Source: an uncultured Eubacteriales bacterium
GTDB taxonomy: Bacteria; Bacillota; Clostridia; Oscillospirales; QAMX01
Length of the DNA stretch: 63,299 bases
NCBI GenBank assembly: GCA_905205975.1
Contig: CAJLFQ010000004.1
Location: 1-63,299, forward strand
Direction of reading: 5' to 3'
Positions 19,129 to 27,225 of this stretch are shown piece by piece; the stretch's first letter is position 1, and every line of letters starts with the position of its first letter. Position numbers and translations under genes: made by a program. Below the pieces are notes generated by a model. That model had not been told where the DNA came from, ran no database searches, and worked only from the letters and a program-made list of their open reading frames with translations.

Positions 19129-19935
19129 TCAGTCAAAGAGCAGATTAAATCGTGTCGGAGACGGGCAGCGTCCCCGCGCATAGACAAACGGTATGCCGGT
19201 ATCGGCCGGCAGACGGCAGCGGATGCTGCTGCGGCCGAAGTGGCTGGCGGCTGCACGCAGCAGCAGAGAGAGGTCGCCGCCGTTCGGCACGACGGCTTCC
19301 CGAACCGTCAACTCATTTTCGGCGTCCAGAAAAACGTATCCGCCGCAGCGGCAGAGGTAAAAACCACCGCCGGAATTTCCGTAGAGCGCGTCCAGCGCCG
19401 CATACATGTCGGCTGAACGGCAGATCGACGGCCGCTGCCCGGCAGACGTGCGACACAGACGATTGATGCAGGCGTAGTCGGCCGGTGCCGCACGGCGAAG
19501 CGTCGGACAAACCGTCGGAAAAGCATGCGCCAGCACGGTGGACTCACGCAGATAACCGACGGGGGCGTATTGAAAATGTGTATACGTCCCGGCCAGCAGG
19601 GGTGTCGCCGGGATCAGCAGGGTAAAGGCATCCCCGCGGGCGTCGCAGAATTGGTGGACGGCGTTCAGCAGGCGCTTCATGCAGCCTTGTCCGCGGGATT
19701 CCGGCCGCGTACAGAGCGCATAGACATACCCGGCAGTTTCACCGGTGCTGACCGGCAGCTGCGGCACAAGCGCCATAGCGGTCAGCGTGCCGTGTTCATC
19801 TTCGTCAATCAGTGCGTCGCCCATCGGCAGCACGTGCTGGAACACGGCGTCGGTAAACGCGCTGCTGTCGCTGAAACACCGTATATACAGCGCCGTCATG
19901 GCGGCGATATCGTTGGGGTCGGCCGGGCGGATCAT
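19129..19935 (-). CDS. GNAT family N-acetyltransferase with extra C-terminal domain
   Basis: YVYALCTRPESRGQGCMKRLL is the acetyl-CoA-binding Q/RxxGxG/A motif. The start overlaps the stop of the upstream DUF2156 gene (ATGA). Confidence 0.75.
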   Translation of the reverse strand: MIRPADPNDIAAMTALYIRCFSDSSAFTDAVFQHVLPMGDALIDEDEHGTLTAMALVPQLPVSTGETAGYVYALCTRPESRGQGCMKRLLNAVHQFCDARGDAFTLLIPATPLLAGTYTHFQYAPVGYLRESTVLAHAFPTVCPTLRRAAPADYACINRLCRTSAGQRPSICRSADMYAALDALYGNSGGGFYLCRCGGYVFLDAENELTVREAVVPNGGDLSLLLRAAASHFGRSSIRCRLPADTGIPFVYARGRCPSPTRFNLLFD

Positions 19936-20834
19936 GACGCCGTCACCCGCGCAGTCGAAAACATCAGCTGCTGAACAGGGTGGTAAGACTGTTTTGCCTG
20001 GCGCAGACCGTCCAGCCCCATGTCTTCCTCGCGGTTGAGATAGGCATACTGCGGTGCCAGCATCTGCGCCATGGCGCGGTTGATGACAGCATAAGCGCCG
20101 GGCACATCCGCTAAGGCTTTTTCAACGTGAACATCTGCGGCCAGCCCGGAAATCCGGGAAGCCAGGCTGTATGCCGTGACAGCACCGTCGACAAACAGCG
20201 CCAGACCACACAGGCCGAGCGGTTCGAAATTGGAAAGCGCACGGGCAATGGCGCACGCCTCCGAGGTGACGCCGCTGTGCCCGGCAAGACAGCCTTCCAG
20301 CGCACACCATTTGCGGTTGAAGGCCCAGACGGCGTCCAGCAGATCCGGCGTGATGGGGCGGATCTCGAAACGGCCGCTGTATTCGGCTTCAAACCGGTTG
20401 ACGAAATTGCGCTTGGCATGGTACTTTTTGCCGCTCAGCGAGGCAAGGTCAGAAGCGTTGTACAGATAATCTGCCAGGTTGGGCTGCGCGGTAAATGTAT
20501 AGGGGAGATCCGGACCGGCATCGCGGAGCATCTCGCACTGCCGGTCGGTCAGCTGGTCAAATTCCGGAAGCCCGCCGGCTTCCGCCGCATCGGCGCGAAT
20601 GGCATCCAGCGCAGCGCCGACGTCCCCGGTACCGAGCGGAAAATAATAGCGCAGCCGCCGGTCGGCGACGCCGCGGCGGAACAAAAAGCCGTCCCGGAGG
20701 CAGAACAGGTCATGGGTCTGGTCTTTCCAGATGAACATCGTCGCAAACGAAGCGTCGCTGGCCAGACTTTCGGTTTGGTCGGCCAGCTGCTGCACGGCCG
20801 GAAGGTCCTGTAATTGAAGATCTCGGAACTGCAC
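19932..20834 (-). CDS. DUF2156 domain protein (MprF/lysyl-PG synthase C-terminal domain-like), soluble
   Basis: The LSGKKYHAKRNFVNRFEAEY motif and overall length match my recollection of PF09924. No TM segments. Confidence 0.6.
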   Translation of the reverse strand: MQFRDLQLQDLPAVQQLADQTESLASDASFATMFIWKDQTHDLFCLRDGFLFRRGVADRRLRYYFPLGTGDVGAALDAIRADAAEAGGLPEFDQLTDRQCEMLRDAGPDLPYTFTAQPNLADYLYNASDLASLSGKKYHAKRNFVNRFEAEYSGRFEIRPITPDLLDAVWAFNRKWCALEGCLAGHSGVTSEACAIARALSNFEPLGLCGLALFVDGAVTAYSLASRISGLAADVHVEKALADVPGAYAVINRAMAQMLAPQYAYLNREEDMGLDGLRQAKQSYHPVQQLMFSTARVTAS

Positions 20835-20851
20835 AAAATAACCTCACTTGT

Positions 20852-21520
20852 TTACAGATCAAGCATTTGATAAAGCGTTTCGTGGATGGCTTCAACGGAG
20901 CGCATCCGACCGCCCTCCGTCACCGGGATGCATGTCCAGCCGTAAAAGCGTGCAGCCGCTTCCGCCGCCTGCGAACAGCGCAGCAGATAGGCGGCGTCCT
21001 GCTCGTGAATGTCGCGGGCAACGCCGGTTGATTCGGCGCGCACCGCAATCAGGCGCAGTGCCGTTTCGGCGGGGATGTGCAGAAAGAAAACGGCGTCCGG
21101 CTTCGGCAGCGCAAGCTCGCCGAATTCGTAGCGTTCAAGCCATTCAAAAAAAGCGGGCCAATCGGCTTCCGGCAGCTTGGCAGCCTGATGGATGGCGTTG
21201 GAGGTCGTGTAGCGGGCGGAAAGCACCGTGCCGCCTGTGCGCCAGACCCGCCCCCATGCGTCTGTTTTGAAAGAGGCATAACGGTCCACCGCGAAGATGG
21301 AAGCCGCAGCATAGGCGTTGACGTCGCCGGGATGGGTGCCGAATGCGCCGCTCAAGTATTGAGAAACCAGTTTGCCGGACGGGCTGTCATAATTCGGAAA
21401 CGAGGTGCCGGTCAGCGGTTTGCCTTCCGACGATGCGCGGGCGAGCAGCCGGTCATACTGCGTGGATTTGCCGGAGCCGTCAATCCCTTCAAGAACGTAT
21501 AATTTGCCGTTGGACTGCAT
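20852..21520 (-). CDS. tmk: thymidylate (dTMP) kinase family protein
   Basis: P-loop LEGIDGSGKSTQ, FPNYDSPSGKLVSQYL and a lid region. AGGAGG SD. Confidence 0.8.
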   Translation of the reverse strand: MQSNGKLYVLEGIDGSGKSTQYDRLLARASSEGKPLTGTSFPNYDSPSGKLVSQYLSGAFGTHPGDVNAYAAASIFAVDRYASFKTDAWGRVWRTGGTVLSARYTTSNAIHQAAKLPEADWPAFFEWLERYEFGELALPKPDAVFFLHIPAETALRLIAVRAESTGVARDIHEQDAAYLLRCSQAAEAAARFYGWTCIPVTEGGRMRSVEAIHETLYQMLDL

Positions 21521-21559
21521 ATTTTTCGGATCCTCCTGAACATGCTGATTGCGGACGCC

Positions 21560-22315
21560 TCAGGCGCGCTGCTGCTTTTTTTCGCGGCGGCGCTGCCGGC
21601 AGACGGCCCAGAGAAACGACGGCAGACTGCTGATCAGCCGGCCGATGCGGCGCGGCTGGCAAAGCAGGCGATAGAACCATTCCAGATTCAGTTTGCGCCA
21701 GAACTTCGGCGCACGGTTGACTTCACCGGCGTAAATATCGACGGATCCGCCCAGACCGATCATCAGCCTGGCGTTGACCCGTCCGACGTGCGCCGCCATC
21801 CAAAGCTCCTGCTGCGGCGCACCGAGACAGACGAAGAGCAGATCCGGCGCAGCCGCGCTGATCTGCGCAGAGACGGCGCCGTCATCTGAGAAATAGCCGT
21901 CCGCCGTGCCGCAGATCTGCAGCCCGGCATATTTTTCCGTCAGGCGTTGGGCGGCTTTCTCGGCGACGCCCGGCTTGCCGCCGAAGATAAACAGACGGTA
22001 CCCCCGCTGAACGGCGACCGGCAGGATGTTTTCACCGAGTTCAACGCCGGGGACGCGGCCGCCGATGGGGCGGCGGAGAATTTTCAAAGCGTAAATGACG
22101 CCGATCCCGTCCGGAATGACGAGGGAAGCGCCGTTCACTGCGGCCATAATACGCGGATCACGGCGGCAGAAGCAGATGATTTCCGGATTCGGCGTGACAA
22201 TATAGCCGGGTTCGCCCGATTCGATCAGCGTTTCAACCGCTTCAACCGCACCGCTCATGGTAATGTTGTTGAGGCCGACGCCCAAAACGTCCGCCCGCTG
22301 TTCCGCAAATGTCAA
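21560..22315 (-). CDS. WecB/TagA/CpsF family glycosyltransferase
   Basis: VLGVGLNNITMSGAVEAV...IVTPNPEI...FIFGGKPGVAEKAA...NLEWFYRL. TTG start at 22315 lies 7 nt after AAAGGAGG, so the ORF-track ATG at 22444 is an extension. Confidence 0.85.
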   Translation of the reverse strand: MTFAEQRADVLGVGLNNITMSGAVEAVETLIESGEPGYIVTPNPEIICFCRRDPRIMAAVNGASLVIPDGIGVIYALKILRRPIGGRVPGVELGENILPVAVQRGYRLFIFGGKPGVAEKAAQRLTEKYAGLQICGTADGYFSDDGAVSAQISAAAPDLLFVCLGAPQQELWMAAHVGRVNARLMIGLGGSVDIYAGEVNRAPKFWRKLNLEWFYRLLCQPRRIGRLISSLPSFLWAVCRQRRREKKQQRA

Positions 22316-22356
22316 ACGGCATCCTCCTTTCGGCTGTCCATACAAATCTACCTTAT

Positions 22357-22384
22357 ATTTTACCATAAAATGCGAAATAGTCAA
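22357..22384 (-). promoter_or_regulatory. sigma-A promoter for the tagA-like/tmk/DUF2156/GNAT string
   Basis: Minus strand TTGACT-16 nt-TAAAAT with TATGg extended -10. Confidence 0.5.
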
Positions 22385-22438
22385 TTCCTTTCCGGAAAAA
22401 AAGACGCTGCGGGGCGCAGAAAACGCCTGACAGCGGCC

Positions 22439-22467
22439 TTGCACGCACCGGGCGGATGTGATATAAT
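22439..22467 (+). promoter_or_regulatory. sigma-A promoter for the GtrII-like gene (divergent from the tagA-like gene)
   Basis: TTGCAC-17 nt-TATAAT with TGTGa extended -10. Confidence 0.55.
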
Positions 22468-22498
22468 CAAAGGCGAAAACAGCCGGGAGGAATCAAAA

Positions 22499-24070
22499 AT
22501 GAACGAAAAATCAAATGGACCGTGCAGACAAACGGTTTTCGCTGCACTTTCCGGGCAGACCGTTCCGCGCCATCTCCGGGTGACGTTCTGCGCGGCGCTG
22601 CTTACCGGCCTCCTGACGCATCTCTATATGCTGGTCAACAAACTGCCGAACCATGACGACATCGGTCATCTGTTCGGCTGCTCTTACGGCGCGGAATCGG
22701 GGCGTTGGCTGCTGCCGCTTGTCCTGAACGCGAGCGGCGCGTTCAGCACGCCGTGGCTGAATGGTCTGCTTGCCGTCTGCTGGCTGGCTGCGGCAGCCTG
22801 TTTTACCGTCGAGCTGTTCCGCATCCGGCGCACGGCTTTCTGTGTATTGGCTGCGGCGATGATGGTCACATTCCCGTCCGTTACAGCGACAATGACCTAC
22901 ATGTTTACCGCAGACGGATACTTCTTCGCACTGGCGCTGGCCTGCGCCGCTGCATACTGCGCCGTGCGGTTCCGGTACGGCGCGGCATTTGCTGTTCCGC
23001 TTCTTGTCGCGTCCATGGCGATTTACCAGAGCTATTTCGCCTTTGCCGCAGCGCTTTGCGTCGGCGCGCTGATCCTGGAGGCGCTGGACGGCGAGCCGCC
23101 CAAAAAGCTGCTGCTGCGCTGTCTGAAGCTCTTCCTGACGCTTTTGGGCGGGATGCTCTGCTATCTGCTCTCCGTCCGAATCAGCGCGCACTGGGTCGAG
23201 CTGACCGGGTACAAAGGCATCCGCGAACTGGGGCATGTTTCCCTGCGCAGTCTGCCGGGGCTGATTGCCGCCTCATATGACCGCTATATCGACTTTTTTG
23301 TCCGGACGGGTATGCCGTTTCATTCGACATTGCTCCGCGCCGCATATCCCGTCTGTGCGGCTGGGTCGGTCTGCCTGCTCATACAGAGCGGGCTGTGCCG
23401 TCGCCTGCGTCCCGGCAGCTGGTGGCTGCTGGCAGGGCTGATTGCCGCATTCCCGCTGGCGGCAAACGTCATCACGGTCATGGCGCCCGGGCAGACGCCG
23501 CATCTGCTGATGATTTACGGCATCTGTCTGCTGCCTGTCTTTTCACTGGCTGCGGCGGAAATCCGGCCGGAAGTAAAAAAACAGCGTCCGGCTTCTGCGG
23601 CGCTCAGCCGGATATGCGCCGGTCTCGCTGCGCTGACGGTGGCGTTCGGTTCGTTTTCCTATGCGGTTGCCGCCAATCAGGCGTATCTGAAGCTGGATAT
23701 CGCCTCCAAAGAGCTGGCTTCCGTATCGGCGCGCCTGCTGTCGGCGGTCGAACAGGCAGAAGGCGCATACGGCGGCATACAGGTCGTTTTCGCCGGGCAT
23801 CCGTCCTCGATGCTCTACGGCGACCCGGCGCCGGAGCTGTCAGCCTTTAAAATGCTGGGCGTTTTGTCGGTGCAGGATTATCTGGATGCTTACAGCTATC
23901 CGGCTTATCTGAAGGCATACCACGCGTTTACTGGGGAAATCCACACGATCGAATCCGAAAAAACGAAAAAACTGATGCAGCGCGCCGATGTGCAGGCGAT
24001 GCCGGCATATCCGGGCGACGGCTCCGTCCGCGTGATCGGCGACTGCGTCGTCGTCAAATTCCGGTGGTAA
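22499..24070 (+). CDS. polytopic membrane protein, GtrII-like glucosyltransferase family (PF14264-like)
   Basis: ATG at 22499 follows a GGGAGG SD. It has about 11 TM helices and an NHDDIGHLF...GRWLLP N-terminal loop. The 5' part of ORF 21947..24070 is antisense read-through of the tagA-like gene. Confidence 0.65.
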   Translation: MNEKSNGPCRQTVFAALSGQTVPRHLRVTFCAALLTGLLTHLYMLVNKLPNHDDIGHLFGCSYGAESGRWLLPLVLNASGAFSTPWLNGLLAVCWLAAAACFTVELFRIRRTAFCVLAAAMMVTFPSVTATMTYMFTADGYFFALALACAAAYCAVRFRYGAAFAVPLLVASMAIYQSYFAFAAALCVGALILEALDGEPPKKLLLRCLKLFLTLLGGMLCYLLSVRISAHWVELTGYKGIRELGHVSLRSLPGLIAASYDRYIDFFVRTGMPFHSTLLRAAYPVCAAGSVCLLIQSGLCRRLRPGSWWLLAGLIAAFPLAANVITVMAPGQTPHLLMIYGICLLPVFSLAAAEIRPEVKKQRPASAALSRICAGLAALTVAFGSFSYAVAANQAYLKLDIASKELASVSARLLSAVEQAEGAYGGIQVVFAGHPSSMLYGDPAPELSAFKMLGVLSVQDYLDAYSYPAYLKAYHAFTGEIHTIESEKTKKLMQRADVQAMPAYPGDGSVRVIGDCVVVKFRW

Positions 24071-24081
24071 AACTGCCGGAC

Positions 24082-24122
24082 AAAAAAACTCCGTATGGCT
24101 AACGCCATACGGAGTTTTTTTG
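24082..24122. terminator. bidirectional rho-independent terminator
   Basis: AAAAAAACTCCGTATGGC taac GCCATACGGAGTTTTTTT. Confidence 0.85.
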
Positions 24123-24133
24123 TTGGGATGATT

Positions 24134-24949
24134 TTATTTCTTGCAGCCGCATCCGCAGCCGTTTTCGGAGCCGTTGTCCGGCGGGAAGAATTCGTTGGTC
24201 GGGAAGCGGAAGCGGGAGAACATATCGCAGACATCGTCTTCGGTGGTGTTCGGGCATTCTTTTTCGGGGATGCAGTAGTCCGTTCCCGGAATCAGGAGCT
24301 GCGTGTCGCGCTCCAGCCGCATCATGGAGAACTGCCCCAGGGTCACATACAGACGGCGTCCGTCGTCGCCTGCGGCAAACGGCGAACGGAAACAGGTGCA
24401 GATGGCATCCGGCACTTCGCCGCAGCCGCAGCATGTTTCGCAGCCGCAGAAGTGGTCGCACGGTTCGACGACGCGCGTCGACAGAACGACGGGGTCAACT
24501 GCTTCGATGGTGGCAATCGGCAGATTCGTCCGCGGACGGAGCTGAATGTCGTCGCCCGTTGCGGCGACCATCTGCGAAGAGAACGTTTTGGCTTTGCCTT
24601 CGCTGCCATAGAGAATGGCGCGTTTGTCAAACGTGGCGAGCCCTTCGATTTCAACGGGGCGCCCGATGCCGCAGAAGACATCCGCGGTGACGCGGTAAAA
24701 GAGCTTGGCGTCAACGGTATAGAAACCGTCGTTGAAGGGAACCGGCTCGACATCCACGTATGTCCAAAGGATTGAAGCGGATTTCGGCTTGACGTTGATG
24801 GCGCGTTCTAGAAGCGCCTGGCTTTCGTTGGTCAGCAATACACGAAGATCTTCCAAACAGTCCTGACTGCGGCAGGCGTCATAGACTTTTCGCGTCTGAA
24901 TGCAAACGGAATCTTTTCCGCAGCTGTTCGATACTCTGGAATCCGGCAA
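24134..24949 (-). CDS. cysteine-rich hypothetical protein (271 aa, 19 Cys)
   Basis: TTG start 8 nt after AAGGAGG. Cys clusters are CGKDSVC...C....C near the N-terminus, CDHFCGCETCCGCG...CTC in the middle and GCGCGCKK at the C-terminus. No TM helix or signal peptide. Confidence 0.7.
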   Translation of the reverse strand: MPDSRVSNSCGKDSVCIQTRKVYDACRSQDCLEDLRVLLTNESQALLERAINVKPKSASILWTYVDVEPVPFNDGFYTVDAKLFYRVTADVFCGIGRPVEIEGLATFDKRAILYGSEGKAKTFSSQMVAATGDDIQLRPRTNLPIATIEAVDPVVLSTRVVEPCDHFCGCETCCGCGEVPDAICTCFRSPFAAGDDGRRLYVTLGQFSMMRLERDTQLLIPGTDYCIPEKECPNTTEDDVCDMFSRFRFPTNEFFPPDNGSENGCGCGCKK

Positions 24950-24994
24950 AATGATAACCTCCTTGCCTAATGGCAGACAGCAGGACGCTGCCTT

Positions 24995-26041
24995 TCAATT
25001 CCATAGTATGCAGGGCGGTTCAGTTGGTGATTCGGATGACGTTTCCAGCCGGATTTCGTCGCGGCCGCAGTCTGCCGGATAAAAAGAAAGCTTTTTCAAA
25101 GACGGAAAAGCGGATTTGAGCGCGGCCGCATTGGCGCGGTGCTGCCCGGCGGCGACGGACAGCCTCGACGGGTGGACATAGACGGCCGCCCGCTCAGCCG
25201 GCATCAGCGGCGCCAGACCGGCCATCAGCCGGTTCAGATACCAGCGGGCGTAGCAGCGTTCGCCGAGTGCCGGATGGTAGGCGCCTGCGACGACCTCGCA
25301 GGCGAGCGATTCGCTGGGGTTGAGCCCGATGCGCAGGATCGGAATGGATGCGCGGGCAAACAGATCGATCAGCTGTGCGCAGTCGGCCACGGCGTCTTCG
25401 AGCGAAAGCGGCGTGTAGATGCCTGCATGCATCCATGCCTCCAGAAGCGTGCCGCGGAGAACGACGACCGGATAAATGCGGACGCCGTCCGGCCGGAGCG
25501 AAGCGATCTGCCGCCCGGTTGCGAGGAGCGTTTCGGTTGAATCACCCGGCAGACCCGCCATCATCTGCAAAATCAGGGCAAATCCGGCGTCCTGCACGAG
25601 CCGTGCGGCGCGCACGGTGTCGGCCGCGGTATGTCCGCGGTGCGAACGCAGCAGCACGCCGTCGTCCATCGACTGCGCGCCGAGTTCAACGGTTTGCACG
25701 CCGGCATTTCTGAGCCGCCGGAGCGTTTCCGGGTCGATGGCGTCCGGGCGCGTTGAAATGCGGATGGAAGATAAACGCCCGTCCGCAAGAAACGGCTGTG
25801 CCGCCGCCAGATAGCCTTCCTGTGCTTCCGGCGGAATCGCGGTGAAGCTGCCGCCGTAAAACGCCAGCTCCGGCGGTTCGCCCGGGTGCAGTCGGCTGAG
25901 CGCGGCTGTGATTTCTGCGGCGATATCCGATGGCGACGGTACGGCGCACTGACCGGATATGGCGCGCTGATTGCAGAAGACGCAGTCGTTCGGACAGCCG
26001 GCATGGGGGATGAAAACAGGCAGAATGGAACGTTTTGCCAT
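24995..26041 (-). CDS. radical SAM protein, ELP3-like family
   Basis: PVFIPHAGCPNDCVFCNQRAISG is a CxxxCxxC cluster near the N-terminus. ATG at 26041 lies 6 nt after GAGGAA. No SPASM-type C-terminal Cys clusters. Confidence 0.85.
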   Translation of the reverse strand: MAKRSILPVFIPHAGCPNDCVFCNQRAISGQCAVPSPSDIAAEITAALSRLHPGEPPELAFYGGSFTAIPPEAQEGYLAAAQPFLADGRLSSIRISTRPDAIDPETLRRLRNAGVQTVELGAQSMDDGVLLRSHRGHTAADTVRAARLVQDAGFALILQMMAGLPGDSTETLLATGRQIASLRPDGVRIYPVVVLRGTLLEAWMHAGIYTPLSLEDAVADCAQLIDLFARASIPILRIGLNPSESLACEVVAGAYHPALGERCYARWYLNRLMAGLAPLMPAERAAVYVHPSRLSVAAGQHRANAAALKSAFPSLKKLSFYPADCGRDEIRLETSSESPTEPPCILWN

Positions 26042-26102
26042 GGTCAATTCCTCGAAACGTGTAAAATGTGCCCTGATAGGCGCGTATGAAAGAGGACGCG
26101 GC

Positions 26103-26837
26103 TCATTCAGCCGCGTCCTCTTTGGATTCGTGATGTGCAGGGCGTGCCCCCATCAGTTCCAGCGCCGCATAGGCGGCGTTTTGTTCCGCTTCTTTTTTGC
26201 TGTGCCCCTCGCCGGTTGCGATGGGGTTGGAATTTAAGTACAGCGTCACGGTAAAATGCTTTGCATGTGCCGGGCCGGTTTCGTCAGTCAGGACATAGCG
26301 CAGAGTTTCCTGCTTGTTTTTCTGTACGATCTCCTGAAGGGCGGTCTTGTAATCCTTGAAGAACAGCTCGTTCATCACGCGGTGCACGCGCTTTTCGATA
26401 TAGGGGAGCAGAAAGCGCCGGGCTTCATCCAGACCGGCATCTAAGTACAAGGCGGCCACGACGGCTTCCAAGGCATCGGCAAGCGTGGAGGTACGCTGCC
26501 GGCCACCGCTCTGTTCCTCACCCCGGCCAAGGTAGAGAAAACGCCCGAGCGACAGCTCAACGGCGATTTCATGACAGGAGGCTTCACAGATGATCGAGGC
26601 GCGTGCTTTTGTCAGCTCGCCCTCTGCGCGGTGGGAAAACTTGGTGAAAAGGTATTCCGCCGTTATAAGGTTCAAAACGGAATCGCCGAGGAACTCCAGA
26701 CGTTCATTGCAGGGAAGCTCCTTAGCACGCAGGTCGTTGGCGTAAGAACTGTGCGTCAGCGCCGTTGTCAGCAGGACGGGGTTGGCGAAACGGTGCCCCA
26801 GGATCTTCTCAAGCTCTGCTTCCGGCGCGCGGCTCAT
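26103..26837 (-). CDS. rnc: ribonuclease III
   Basis: NERLEFLGDSVLN signature plus a C-terminal dsRBD. The start overlaps the acpP stop (ATGA). Confidence 0.93.
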   Translation of the reverse strand: MSRAPEAELEKILGHRFANPVLLTTALTHSSYANDLRAKELPCNERLEFLGDSVLNLITAEYLFTKFSHRAEGELTKARASIICEASCHEIAVELSLGRFLYLGRGEEQSGGRQRTSTLADALEAVVAALYLDAGLDEARRFLLPYIEKRVHRVMNELFFKDYKTALQEIVQKNKQETLRYVLTDETGPAHAKHFTVTLYLNSNPIATGEGHSKKEAEQNAAYAALELMGARPAHHESKEDAAE

Positions 26838-27064
26838 AGAACGTTGGAAATGAAATTGACAGCATCGCCGACGGTTTCGATCTCGGAAACTGCGGATTCG
26901 TCAATTTCGCCGATGTCAAATTCCTCTTCGAGAGCCATAACGATTTCGACCATGTCGAGGGAGTCCGCGTTCAGATCGCCTTTGAACGAGGTGTTCATCG
27001 TCACCTGATCCTCATCGACTGCAAACTTGTCGCAGATAATCTCCCGAATTTTTTCAAACACCAT
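26834..27064 (-). CDS. acpP: acyl carrier protein
   Basis: MVFEKIREIICDKF...LNADSLDMVEIVMALEEEF contains the DSL phosphopantetheine site. AAGGAG SD. The ORF-track start at 27142 is an extension. Confidence 0.93.
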   Translation of the reverse strand: MVFEKIREIICDKFAVDEDQVTMNTSFKGDLNADSLDMVEIVMALEEEFDIGEIDESAVSEIETVGDAVNFISNVL

Positions 27065-27150
27065 AGAAAAGAACACTCCTTTATATTTTTGATGCCGGCG
27101 TACCGGCTGATATGCCGCGGCGCATGCGCCGAAAAAAAGCAAGCATTAAG

Positions 27151-27179
27151 ATGATAATGAGTTTGGGGCGTTTTGTCAA
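27151..27179 (-). promoter_or_regulatory. sigma-A promoter for acpP-rnc
   Basis: Minus strand TTGACA-17 nt-TATCAT. Confidence 0.5.
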
Positions 27180-27225
27180 GAGCCAAATGAAATTTTAGGC
27201 GGATTCCACAAAAAATTCCTGTGGT

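Noticed and set aside
22399-22425. Small hairpin (CTGCG ggg CGCAG) with a T-run on the minus strand in the tagA-like/GtrII-like divergent region
   Set aside because: It has only a 5-bp stem and lies upstream of the tagA-like promoter with no minus-strand gene to terminate. It is probably incidental.
24134-26041. Radical SAM + Cys-rich neighbour as a RiPP (SCIFF/sactipeptide-like) cassette
   Set aside because: The radical SAM protein is the ELP3-like housekeeping type that follows rnc. It lacks SPASM or twitch C-terminal Cys clusters. The Cys-rich product is 271 aa, not a short precursor with a leader, and no peptidase or exporter is adjacent. I kept it only as a co-transcribed orphan of unknown role.
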